From NCBI GenBank assembly GCA_903912405.1, contig CAIWHF010000123.1, positions 1 through 49,367 on the forward strand: a stretch of 49,367 bases of DNA, read 5' to 3'. Of this stretch, positions 25,584-35,022 are shown piece after piece; position 1 is the first letter of the stretch; the number at the start of each line of letters is the position of its first letter. Under the pieces are notes generated by a model. It was not told the origin of the DNA and did not search any database. It saw only the letters and a program-made list of their open reading frames with translations. This DNA is from an uncultured Bacteroidota bacterium. Its GTDB lineage: Bacteria; Bacteroidota; Bacteroidia; Chitinophagales; Chitinophagaceae. Made by a program: the position numbers and the translations under genes.

Positions 25584-28316
25584 TTATTTAGTTGCAAAAG
25601 CAGCATCGATAATTGTTTGTTGTTCTTTTGCATGTTGTTTGCTAAAGCCTGTTGCGGTTGCAGCACTTGCTGGTCGTGCAATATAATTTGTAAAAAGCGC
25701 ATTCGTATTCAACATCAAGAAAGAAAGGGCACCCATATTACGAGGTTCTTCTTGGGCCCAAACAAAAGATGCATTTTTATATTTCGCTTTTAAGGCATCC
25801 ATTTGTTTAGCTGGGAACGGATGAACTTGTTCTAAGCGAACAAGTGCTACCTCTTGGATATTGTTAGTCATTTGATATTCGCTTAAGTCAAAATAGATTT
25901 TACCAGAGCACACCACTACTTTTTTTACTTTATTTGCTGCGCTAATACTTGCATCATCAATGACCTCTTGGAAATTACCTTTAGTAAAATCTTCTATAGG
26001 AGAATAAGCTCTCACATGTCGCAAATTTGCTTTTGGTGAGAAGTTAACCAAAGGCTTTCTAAATTCCCATTTCATTTGTCTGCGCAATAAATGGAATAAA
26101 TTTGCAGCCGTAGTTACATTACTTACAACAATGTTTAATTCAGCGCTAAGCTGCAAGAAGCGTTCTAAACGAGCACTTGAATGTTCGGGGCCTTGGCCTT
26201 CATAGCCATGAGGCAATAATAAACATAAGCCACTCATCTTTTGCCATTTTGTTTCGGCAGTAGTTATATACTGGTCAATAACTGTTTGTGCACCATTAGC
26301 AAAGTCGCCAAACTGTGCTTCCCAAATCGTTAAGGTATTTGGATTAGCTATTGCATAACCATATTCAAAACCTAGTACTGCAAACTCACTTAATAAAGAA
26401 TTATACATTTGAATAAAGCCTTGGTCTTGACTTATCGCACTTAATCGATTATATACTTCATTGGTGTTTTCATCATGAAGAACCGCATGTCTGTGTGAGA
26501 ATGTGCCTCTTTGCACATCTTGTCCACTCATACGAACATTATGGCCTTCTGCTAACAAACTTGCATAAGCTAATAATTCACCTGTTGCCCAATCGATTTC
26601 CGATTTTTCATCGAAGAGTTTAATTTTATCATCTAACAATTTTTGAATTTTACGAAGTGGTTTAAAGCCACTAGGTATATGCATAATTGCTTTAAATAAG
26701 CTTTCTACTTGTTTCTTTGTGATAGCTGTTTTTGGAGAGGCATCAAAATCTGCGGCTGTTGCTTTACGCAAAGCCTGCCAAGCTGTTTCTGACGCTTGTA
26801 ATTGATACGGTAAAGGTTTTTGTTTGTTTTCGTCTAAACGGTCTTGAAGGTTTTTCCAAAAACTATCTTCCATTTCTTTTGCCAATGCAGCATCTACATC
26901 GCCGCGTGCAATAAGTTGTTGATTATAAAGTTCTCTTGGATTAGCATGTTGTTTGATAAGTTCATACATTTTTGGTTGCGTGAAACTTGGATCATCCCCT
27001 TCGTTATGTCCATGTCTTCTATAGCAAACCATATCAATGAAAATATCTTGATTGAATTGTTGGCGATAAGCTACAGCTAATGCTGCCGCTTTAACTACCG
27101 CTTCCGGATCATCACCGTTCACATGCAATACAGGCGCTTGTACCATTGCCGCAACGCTGGTGCAATAATCAGCACTTCTAGCATCATCAAAATCTGTGGT
27201 GAATCCAATTTGATTATTAATAACAAAATGAATAGTGCCGCCAGTGTTATATCCTGGCAATTTGCTCATTTGTAATAATTCATATACTACTCCTTGTCCA
27301 GCTACTGCAGCATCACCATGAATTAAGATTGGCAATACCGCTTTGTAAGAATGATCGTACAAGGTATCGGCTTTAGCTCTAGCAAACCCTACAACTACAG
27401 GATCTACAACTTCTAAGTGAGAAGGGTTTGGTGTTAATTGTACATTGATTTCTTTTCCTTCTGGAGTATGAATATGGGAGCGGAATCCTAAGTGGTATTT
27501 TACATCGCCACTTCCCATAGTTGTATCTGGCGGCATTACACCGTCAAATTCAGAAAAAATTTGTTCGTATGTTTTTCTAAGGGTATTTGCTAATATATTC
27601 AATCTGCCTCGGTGCGCCATGCCAATTACCACTTCTTTCACATCATTGTTAGCAGCTTCATTGATAATGGTATCGAGTGCTGCAATCGTACTTTCGCCGC
27701 CTTCTAAACTAAAACGTTTTTGGCCAATATACTTCGTATGTAAAAACTTTTCGAAAATAACACCTTCATTTAGTTTCTCTAAAATGCGTTTCTTTTTTTC
27801 TATGCTTAAATTAGAAGCCATCATGTTTTCGAACTGCACTTCCATCCATTTACAAACTTCCGTATCATTGATGTAGGTGTATTCAATACCAACATCGCTA
27901 GTATATGTTTTCTTGAGTTTTTCAATAATATCTTTTAAGCTAGCGTTTTCCATACCAAGCAATTTGCCTGCTATAAAAGAAGTATTTAAATCTGCTTCGC
28001 TTAAATTATAATCACTCAAAGTTAATTTTGCACTTCTATCTTTTCTATTTCTGATGGGATTGGTAGTAGCTATTAAATGGCCTCTTTTTCTATAGGCGCG
28101 GATTAATGAAAATACATTAAACTCTTTCAATAATTGATCACCTTGTATAGAAGCTGAATTAGTGCCTGCGTTTCCTATTTTGCTAAAAGCAAAATCGAAT
28201 CCTTCAAAGAATTTTTTATACTCCGGATCTACTTGGTTGGGATCTGTTATATAATCATTGTATAAAGATTCTATAAAACTAGGATGCGCATTGGTGATAT
28301 AAGAAAAGTCTTTCAT
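25584..28316 (-). CDS. sucA: 2-oxoglutarate dehydrogenase E1 component
   Basis: ORF track 25584..28376 (a TTG start); I use ATG 28316 (MKDFSYITNAHPSFIESLYNDY, a typical SucA N-terminus). Full-length similarity including RFSLEGGES, GMAHRGRLN, HGDAAVAGQGVV, GGTIHFVINNQIGFTT, CYRRHGHNEGD, LLLPHGYEGQGPEHSSARLERFLQ. Confidence 0.92.
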   Translation of the reverse strand: MKDFSYITNAHPSFIESLYNDYITDPNQVDPEYKKFFEGFDFAFSKIGNAGTNSASIQGDQLLKEFNVFSLIRAYRKRGHLIATTNPIRNRKDRSAKLTLSDYNLSEADLNTSFIAGKLLGMENASLKDIIEKLKKTYTSDVGIEYTYINDTEVCKWMEVQFENMMASNLSIEKKKRILEKLNEGVIFEKFLHTKYIGQKRFSLEGGESTIAALDTIINEAANNDVKEVVIGMAHRGRLNILANTLRKTYEQIFSEFDGVMPPDTTMGSGDVKYHLGFRSHIHTPEGKEINVQLTPNPSHLEVVDPVVVGFARAKADTLYDHSYKAVLPILIHGDAAVAGQGVVYELLQMSKLPGYNTGGTIHFVINNQIGFTTDFDDARSADYCTSVAAMVQAPVLHVNGDDPEAVVKAAALAVAYRQQFNQDIFIDMVCYRRHGHNEGDDPSFTQPKMYELIKQHANPRELYNQQLIARGDVDAALAKEMEDSFWKNLQDRLDENKQKPLPYQLQASETAWQALRKATAADFDASPKTAITKKQVESLFKAIMHIPSGFKPLRKIQKLLDDKIKLFDEKSEIDWATGELLAYASLLAEGHNVRMSGQDVQRGTFSHRHAVLHDENTNEVYNRLSAISQDQGFIQMYNSLLSEFAVLGFEYGYAIANPNTLTIWEAQFGDFANGAQTVIDQYITTAETKWQKMSGLCLLLPHGYEGQGPEHSSARLERFLQLSAELNIVVSNVTTAANLFHLLRRQMKWEFRKPLVNFSPKANLRHVRAYSPIEDFTKGNFQEVIDDASISAANKVKKVVVCSGKIYFDLSEYQMTNNIQEVALVRLEQVHPFPAKQMDALKAKYKNASFVWAQEEPRNMGALSFLMLNTNALFTNYIARPASAATATGFSKQHAKEQQTIIDAAFATK

Positions 28317-28373
28317 TTTTTGATTTTTATTAGAGTATGGTCCCAATTGCTTGGAATTAGCTATTAGAATCAC

Positions 28374-28381
28374 CAAAATTA
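28374..28381 (-). promoter_or_regulatory. Candidate TAnnTTTG -7 box for sucA
   Basis: The minus strand reads TAATTTTG, 58 nt upstream of ATG 28316. The ORF-track TTG start falls inside this box. Confidence 0.3.
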
Positions 28382-28472
28382 ATAAAAAATGCTTAAAATG
28401 CTAGTGAATTTTAGCTTAAGAAACAGCCTTTTGGGCCTTAATTTTTGTTAGGGAGCTTTAAAATAAGGATTC

Positions 28473-30473
28473 TTAATTAACTAAGTTCCAATTGAATCCA
28501 AAACGCATACTGAAATCGGGTGCTGCATAGCCTATAGCTTGCATATTTTGTGTGCCTAATAATTGTTGAATTTGATCAAACATGATATAGGCGCGCATTT
28601 TTTTAACCTTAACATTGAAAAATAGCGAAATGTTGACTTGATTATTTATGCGGGTAGTTTTTTGAATGTAGAATTGTTGGAATAGGGGCGAATAGCCATT
28701 GCCATAATAAGCATTATGGTATAGGGCTTCTATCCCACTAGTCAATTGCATTGCGTTATGAAATGCAGGTGTTTGAATAGCCAATTGATGCTTGCTTGCA
28801 AAACTTGGAATAGCAAAAGGATCATCCGATTTCAATTGTGAAATAAGTAATTCGTTTGTATTGATTACGTTTTTAAACACAAAATTTTTGCTGATAATAA
28901 ACTGTGTAATGGCTATTGTTTGGTCGCTTTGAGACACCACTTGCTGCGCATTTAAATAAATATAATTACTAAGTAAATGTTGTCGTGCTTCAAAACTAAG
29001 GTGTAGTTTATCGAGTTTCCATTTTACATATAATTGGTTGTGTAACGAAGCGTTTAAATCTTTTGTAAAAGCATAATAGTTGCTTGAAAAATTAGTAAAT
29101 TGAAATGCAGCGTTTGATTGGTTTTCATTTAGTCCTATTTGGATATTCCCCAGTTGATTACTTATTTTTTTTGCTACTTGTAGTTGTAAAGTATGATTTC
29201 CGCTCGCACTGCCGGTAGCAATAAATTGTCCATAGGCATGCACTTCTAATTCGTTTGGATGCATGGCGTTTCTATCTAAGTGAGCAACAAGATAATTGCT
29301 ATAAATGCTTGTATTGTCAGCTGCATTATTTAGGTTGTTACTCAATTGATCTATGCGTGCACCTATTCCAGCTTGCAATTCAAGTGGGTGTTGCAAGTTA
29401 CCAATAGTAGTTTTTAGTAAAAATTGATTATCAAACCTTGTCCATGTTTGTTTGCTAAAGACAGAGTCGAGGGCATTGAATCGATGATCAAACCAAGTGT
29501 GATAATAAGCAGAATCGGGTCTAAGATCCTTATAGGTATGAGTATTTGTTGAAAATTCTAGCTGATGCACTAACGAAAATCTGCTATTCAATTGAATTGT
29601 CTTTAAGCTACTGTCTTCATTCCAGATAGTATCTGAATGGCCCAATGCATAAGATTGTTTCAGTTGAAAAATGTATTCTTTTTGCACATTGGTAACAGCC
29701 GATCGAGTAGTACTATAGTCGTCATGTTGAAAAACAATTGGCATAGTTTTCTTATCTGCATATCTACTATCTGTCAACTTGCTGATGTCGCTAATACCCC
29801 CGTTTTCGTCTTGTTGAATTTCATTAAAAATAAAGGCTCCCCAGCACTCATAGTGCTTATTGTTGCTTGTGTAATGTGCATTCAAACTTACTAAATCATG
29901 ATTGTTTCGTTGTGCTTTATAAAAACCAGGAGATGTAAGTTTGTGGTATTGAAAAGCCATATTGAAGTTAGGCTTTATATTTTGAGTGTGTAAGAGTCGT
30001 AATAAATTTTCGTTTTTACTACCCATTTGATAACTAAAAATGGTAAAGGGTTTAGTCGTATTAAAATACAACAAGCTATCTGCTTGTAAAGTATACACTT
30101 CATTTACTTGTCTTCTTAAAGAAGGTCCAATCTGATTATTATTTTTTAATAACCAGGTTTGAGATGCACTACCTAAATTCCCAAGATTGGTTTGCCAGGC
30201 TTGCGTATAGGGTCTTTGATGGAAAGTAATAAGTGAAGTATCTAATGTAATTTCTTTAGTAGAACCGCTTTGTTGAGCGCTTATAGTTGCATGTCCTTCT
30301 TCCCAATCAGCCGTATTGGTTTTGTTGCTGCTATCTGTTTTCGTTGATGAAAGGGTAGGTAAGGCACCCGTATTCTGTGCCCATAAAGCAATAGATGGAC
30401 AACTAGTGATGAGTATCACTAGTAATAGGATTATAGTTCGCAGGGGTGTATTATTGCTTAATGATTTTTTCAC
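28473..30473 (-). CDS. Large outer-membrane protein, putative porin (Porin_10-like)
   Basis: 666 aa. GTG start (no in-frame ATG in the N-terminus). Signal peptide RTIILLLVILITSCPSIALWAQ. Central ...FSYQMGSKNENLLRLLHTQNIKPNFNMAFQYHKLTSPGFYKAQRNNHDL...FNEIQQDENGGI resembles the Bacteroidota putative-porin family. Beta-rich, ending FGFNWNLVN. Family call from memory, not a search. Confidence 0.55.
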   Translation of the reverse strand: MKKSLSNNTPLRTIILLLVILITSCPSIALWAQNTGALPTLSSTKTDSSNKTNTADWEEGHATISAQQSGSTKEITLDTSLITFHQRPYTQAWQTNLGNLGSASQTWLLKNNNQIGPSLRRQVNEVYTLQADSLLYFNTTKPFTIFSYQMGSKNENLLRLLHTQNIKPNFNMAFQYHKLTSPGFYKAQRNNHDLVSLNAHYTSNNKHYECWGAFIFNEIQQDENGGISDISKLTDSRYADKKTMPIVFQHDDYSTTRSAVTNVQKEYIFQLKQSYALGHSDTIWNEDSSLKTIQLNSRFSLVHQLEFSTNTHTYKDLRPDSAYYHTWFDHRFNALDSVFSKQTWTRFDNQFLLKTTIGNLQHPLELQAGIGARIDQLSNNLNNAADNTSIYSNYLVAHLDRNAMHPNELEVHAYGQFIATGSASGNHTLQLQVAKKISNQLGNIQIGLNENQSNAAFQFTNFSSNYYAFTKDLNASLHNQLYVKWKLDKLHLSFEARQHLLSNYIYLNAQQVVSQSDQTIAITQFIISKNFVFKNVINTNELLISQLKSDDPFAIPSFASKHQLAIQTPAFHNAMQLTSGIEALYHNAYYGNGYSPLFQQFYIQKTTRINNQVNISLFFNVKVKKMRAYIMFDQIQQLLGTQNMQAIGYAAPDFSMRFGFNWNLVN

Positions 30474-31827
30474 TAAATAGGGTATTGCCTTGTTTTACTT
30501 CAATAAAGTAGAGTTCACTTGGAAGTGAATTGGGTAAAGTTACTACAAAGCTATTATTTAATTCTTCTTTTCTAACTATGGTAGTGTAAATGCATGACCC
30601 TGTAATAGTAAAGACACTTATTTGAGCATCTAATAAACTTTCATTGGAAAGAATTCGAAATGCTTGTTGAAATGGATTAGGGATAATTTGTATGGCATGC
30701 TTTTGAGCATATAAGTCTTTAGTGAATGCGGAAGCATCTATTACAAACAAGCCATTTTGCATATCGCTAACCAATATTTTTCCATTCTTAAAGAATGGAT
30801 AACAACCCCAAGCACCTCCAAAACCTTTATAAGGAATAGCACGGCAAGTAGGAAAATAAGCAAGCTGCTTCGCTTGACTTGGGTCTTTAATACTGTACAT
30901 TTGAAAACCATCAAAATAGTAAGAGATGAAAACTAAATCGTCGATGACATAGGGGTTATGAGGAATGCAAGTGGTATCATTTCGTGGTATAAAAGTACTG
31001 AGCACTTTGGGTTGCGAAACATCGGTAACATCAATAACCTTTAGTGGACTCCCATGTGTTTCATCGGCCATTACACCCAAATTATTTTTATTGATCCAAC
31101 TAGAATGATTGTAGCCTTTGTAAATATATTGTGGCATGGTGCCGATTTCTACAGGCATGTTGGGTTTGAAATCAACAATACTATAACCGTAAAAGCTTTC
31201 ACTTAAAAACCCCGTATCATTTCTTACATACATATCATGCGCCGCATAATTAGACCCTAAAGCAAATGGATTCGTATAGGTTTTCAGGAAGGTAGGTAAG
31301 GTTGGATTTTTCAAATCAAAAATCCCTAATCCATATACACCACTAGCATTGGTAAAAATTCCGCAATATAATTTTTCTGTAACCGTATCAATGAAAATAT
31401 TGTGGGTACGCATCAATTCAGCTGGCGAACTTTCATAAACCATATGAATAGAGTCGGGCAAATAGCTATAGTCAAATATTTGTAAGGCACTATAGCCCTC
31501 ATCGCATACTGCGTAGAGGTAATTTTTAAATGTTTTGTAATCTCTATGGATGATATAGTTGCCATAGTCGGTGCCGCGTTTAAAGGCAACTTGTTTGCAT
31601 TGTTGAATATCAATAATATGAACACCTTCGGTAGAACCAATAGCCGCATATTGCAAGCCTTTCCATTCAAAGCCCCAGACATCGTTGTATTTTTGGGAGT
31701 AACTCAAATTCGCTTTTATGCTTGTATCATTCCAATTGCAAAGCAAAGGTAATTGCACCGCTGTCTGTGCTTTCGACAGCAAGCTAATTGCGATAAAAGA
31801 AAATAAAAAAAGTGCATGCTTAAGCAT
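30451..31827 (-). CDS. T9SS type A cargo: choice-of-anchor-B / LVIVD-repeat-like beta-propeller protein with Por secretion-tail CTD
   Basis: 458 aa. Signal peptide ...SLLSKAQ. N-terminal LPLLCNWNDTS...YNDVWGFEWKGLQYAAIGSTEGVHIIDI resembles choice-of-anchor B / LVIVD repeats. The last ~80 aa (IIPNPFQQAFRILS...ISVFTITGSCIY...LPSELYFIEVKQGNTLFSEKIIKQ) fit the T9SS type A sorting domain. Confidence 0.6.
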   Translation of the reverse strand: MLKHALFLFSFIAISLLSKAQTAVQLPLLCNWNDTSIKANLSYSQKYNDVWGFEWKGLQYAAIGSTEGVHIIDIQQCKQVAFKRGTDYGNYIIHRDYKTFKNYLYAVCDEGYSALQIFDYSYLPDSIHMVYESSPAELMRTHNIFIDTVTEKLYCGIFTNASGVYGLGIFDLKNPTLPTFLKTYTNPFALGSNYAAHDMYVRNDTGFLSESFYGYSIVDFKPNMPVEIGTMPQYIYKGYNHSSWINKNNLGVMADETHGSPLKVIDVTDVSQPKVLSTFIPRNDTTCIPHNPYVIDDLVFISYYFDGFQMYSIKDPSQAKQLAYFPTCRAIPYKGFGGAWGCYPFFKNGKILVSDMQNGLFVIDASAFTKDLYAQKHAIQIIPNPFQQAFRILSNESLLDAQISVFTITGSCIYTTIVRKEELNNSFVVTLPNSLPSELYFIEVKQGNTLFSEKIIKQ

Positions 31828-31860
31828 GCACTAAGATACATTTTTTTTGATGAGATAGGT

Positions 31861-32685
31861 TTATAAGCTAGCCACAATTCCTTCTACTAAATTGGCTAAT
31901 TTAGGTGCTGCTTCATTGGCTGCCTGCAGTACTTCTTCATGCGTAATGGTATTCAGTTCATCTCTTATGCCTAAATCGGTAACAATGCTTGCTCCAAATA
32001 CCTTCATGCCGCTGTGTATGGCTACGATTACTTCTGGCACGGTGCTCATCCCTACCAAATCGCCACCAATTATGTGAAGCCATTTATATTCTGCTCGTGT
32101 TTCAAAGGTGGGACCTTGTAATCCAATATATACACCTGTTTGCACAGGAAGTTTTTGCTCTTTAGCAATCTTCTCTGCTAAGGCAATGGAATTTAAATTA
32201 TAAGGCTCACTCATATCGGGAAAGCGCACACCCAAGCGTTCATCGTTTTTACCTCTCAACGGATGCTCTGGGAATAAATTGATATGATCTCGGATGATAA
32301 CAATATCGCCAACTTTGTAATTTTTATTCATGCCACCAGCTGCATTAGATACAAACAAATGCTCTACACCCAGCGCACGCATTACGCGAATAGGAAAAGT
32401 TACTTGTTGCATGTCGTAACCTTCGTAGTAGTGAAATCTACCCGACATTAAAACGGTTGCTTTGCCACCAAGCTGACCAAAAATTAATTTGCCTGCATGA
32501 CCCTCAACGGTAGATACCGGAAAATTAGGAATGTCTTTATAACTCAATTCACACTCCATAGTAATTTTAGAAGCTAAGTCGCCTAAGCCACTGCCTAAAA
32601 CAACACCTACAGATGGGGTAGTAGCATATTTTGATTGAATGTATTGTTTTGTTTCTTGTATTTTATCAAATAAGGTAGGGGTCAT
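31861..32685 (-). CDS. Purine nucleoside phosphorylase (trimeric inosine/guanosine PNP family)
   Basis: 274 aa. VVLGSGLGDLA, VEGHAGKLIFG, GRFHYYEGY, SNAAGGMN, GPTFETRAEY, GGDLVGMSTVPEV are the canonical PNP motifs. Confidence 0.88.
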   Translation of the reverse strand: MTPTLFDKIQETKQYIQSKYATTPSVGVVLGSGLGDLASKITMECELSYKDIPNFPVSTVEGHAGKLIFGQLGGKATVLMSGRFHYYEGYDMQQVTFPIRVMRALGVEHLFVSNAAGGMNKNYKVGDIVIIRDHINLFPEHPLRGKNDERLGVRFPDMSEPYNLNSIALAEKIAKEQKLPVQTGVYIGLQGPTFETRAEYKWLHIIGGDLVGMSTVPEVIVAIHSGMKVFGASIVTDLGIRDELNTITHEEVLQAANEAAPKLANLVEGIVASL

Positions 32686-32694
32686 AAATAGATT

Positions 32695-33237
32695 TTAAGA
32701 GTGGGTGCTAGCATTTTTTTCATCTTCAAAATAAAGATGATCATTAGGTAATTCAGAAAAGTGGCGTTGATCGGTAGCATCCATTGATGCTTTTCTTTTT
32801 AACTGAGTAGCAACCATAGATTTTACCGTTTGTTTTGCTAATACGAGTGTATTGTTTTTTAATCGAATGGCATGCACAAGACGAGCTATAATCAAAAATA
32901 GTATTCCAAATATAACAACTAAACTAATGGTGCCCCAATAAGCATATTGAATAACGCCTGGATTCAATCCAATACTGCGCGTTCTACTATATAGTTTTTC
33001 AATAAATTCGAAGAAATAGATGTATTCAAATAGAAAGGGTGATGCAAAAAAGCCTAAGGCTAATACATACAGCAAGATTTCGAGGATTATTAATGCAAAT
33101 TTAGGTGCGGTTTTGCTAGCAGATGGTTTTAATAAAGCTACTCCCAGCGGATCTAATAACTCCAATTGCTCATAGATCATTCTCTTGTTTTCCTTAAATT
33201 CTAACACTAAATCATCGTGTAGGCGCTTCGTTATCAT
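32695..33237 (-). CDS. Hypothetical membrane protein
   Basis: ORF track 32695..33279; start set at ATG 33237 (MITKRLHDDL...). Two to three hydrophobic helices (FALIILEILLYVLALGFFASPFLF; WGTISLVVIFGILFLIIARLV). Lies 9 nt upstream of the PNP gene on the same strand. No family recognised. Confidence 0.5.
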   Translation of the reverse strand: MITKRLHDDLVLEFKENKRMIYEQLELLDPLGVALLKPSASKTAPKFALIILEILLYVLALGFFASPFLFEYIYFFEFIEKLYSRTRSIGLNPGVIQYAYWGTISLVVIFGILFLIIARLVHAIRLKNNTLVLAKQTVKSMVATQLKRKASMDATDQRHFSELPNDHLYFEDEKNASTHS

Positions 33238-33343
33238 CTTGTTGGTATTAAATTTAAGCAAAGGTAAGCATGATTTCAATTGCTAACCAAATAGAAGTCC
33301 TATTCAAATTCCACAAAGCACTGAATTTTTCCCACAAGTATCG

Positions 33344-33351
33344 TACTTTTG
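33344..33351 (+). promoter_or_regulatory. Candidate TAnnTTTG -7 box for prfC
   Basis: TACTTTTG lies 59 nt upstream of ATG 33410. Motif match only. Confidence 0.3.
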
Positions 33352-33409
33352 CTATCCATTTACAATTGCTCATTTTCAATAGGATAGCACCATCCATTGC
33401 CTCATAAAT

Positions 33410-35002
33410 ATGAAATATCAAAAAGAAATACAAAAAAGAAGAACCTTTGCTATTATATCCCACCCCGATGCAGGTAAAACTACATTGACTGAAAAGCTAT
33501 TGCTTTTTGGTGGTGCTATTCAAGTAGCAGGGGCGGTAAAAAGTAATAAGATTAAAAAACATGCTACTTCCGACTTCATGGAAATAGAACGCCAAAGAGG
33601 GATCTCCGTGGCTACTTCCGTAATGAGTTTTGAGTATAAAAATATTTTAATCAATCTACTAGACACACCTGGTCACAAAGACTTTGCAGAAGATACCTAC
33701 CGTACCCTCACAGCTGTTGATAGTGTAATCTTAGTGATTGATAGTGTGAATGGGGTAGAAGAGCAAACTAGAAAATTGGTTGAGGTATGTAGAATGCGTG
33801 ATACCCCCATTATCGTGTTTGTAAATAAAATGGACCGTGATGGTAAATATCCTTTCGACTTATTGGATGAAATTGAAAAAGAACTAAAAATTTCTTTACA
33901 TCCTTTGTCTTGGCCTATCAATATGGGTAAAGAATTTAAAGGGGTTTATAACTTACATGAGCATAGTTTAAATTTATTTACAGCTAGTCAGAAAGCAACC
34001 GATGAAAATAGCATTCCTATCAGTGATTTGGCAGATGAATTATTAGATGAGAAAGTTGGTAAACGAGATGCGGATCAATTACGAGAAGATGTTGAGTTAT
34101 TGAGTGGTGTGTATGGCGATTTGGATAAAGAAGCCTATATGCAAGGAAAAATTGCTCCCGTATTTTTCGGTTCTGCCGTTAATAACTTTGGTGTTAAAGA
34201 ATTGCTTGACACCTTCATTGAAATAGCCCCTCATCCCCTTGGTAGAAATACCGATAAACGCTTTGTGGATGTAAACGAAGATAAGTTCACCGGGTTTATT
34301 TTTAAAATACATGCCAATTTAGATCCACGTCATAGAGACCGTATTGCCTTCTTAAGAGTTTGCAGTGGAAAATTTGAACGTAATAAATATTATAAGCATA
34401 CCCGCAACGAAAAAGATATTAGGTTCTCTAATCCTTATTCGTTTTTAGCGCGTGAAAAAGATGTTATTGATGAAGCCTTTCCGGGCGATGTAGTGGGTTT
34501 GTTTGATACGGGTTCTTTTAAAATTGGTGACACGCTTACGGAAGGCGAACAATTACAATTTACCGGAATTCCTACGTTTTCACCGGAGTTGTTTAAAGAG
34601 TTGGTGAATAAAGATCCAATGAAAACAAAACAATTGGAGAAAGGAATAAATCAATTGACCGATGAAGGGGTGGCGCAATTATTTACGCAACACGGAGGAA
34701 ATAGAAAAATCATTGGTTGCGTGGGTGAACTTCAATTTGAGGTAATTCAATATCGTTTGTTGCAAGAATATGGTGCATCTTGTGCCTTTGTGCCCTTGCA
34801 ATTTTATAAAGCTTGCTGGATTACGGGCGATAAGAAAAAAGTAGAGGATTTTGTAAGGTTCAAACAAAGTAATATCATGACCGATAAAGATGGCAATCTT
34901 GTTTATCTTGCACAAAGCGAATGGTTCTTGAATACCGAACGACAAAATAATCCTGATATCGAATTCCATTTTACTAGCGAATTTAAAACTCAACAAAATT
35001 AA
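33410..35002 (+). CDS. prfC: Peptide chain release factor 3
   Basis: 530 aa. [47 protein letters not shown]-like ([16 protein letters not shown]), VNKMDR, and full-length RF3 similarity. Confidence 0.95.
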   Translation: MKYQKEIQKRRTFAIISHPDAGKTTLTEKLLLFGGAIQVAGAVKSNKIKKHATSDFMEIERQRGISVATSVMSFEYKNILINLLDTPGHKDFAEDTYRTLTAVDSVILVIDSVNGVEEQTRKLVEVCRMRDTPIIVFVNKMDRDGKYPFDLLDEIEKELKISLHPLSWPINMGKEFKGVYNLHEHSLNLFTASQKATDENSIPISDLADELLDEKVGKRDADQLREDVELLSGVYGDLDKEAYMQGKIAPVFFGSAVNNFGVKELLDTFIEIAPHPLGRNTDKRFVDVNEDKFTGFIFKIHANLDPRHRDRIAFLRVCSGKFERNKYYKHTRNEKDIRFSNPYSFLAREKDVIDEAFPGDVVGLFDTGSFKIGDTLTEGEQLQFTGIPTFSPELFKELVNKDPMKTKQLEKGINQLTDEGVAQLFTQHGGNRKIIGCVGELQFEVIQYRLLQEYGASCAFVPLQFYKACWITGDKKKVEDFVRFKQSNIMTDKDGNLVYLAQSEWFLNTERQNNPDIEFHFTSEFKTQQN

Positions 35003-35022
35003 TTTTACACAAAGCTCTATTT

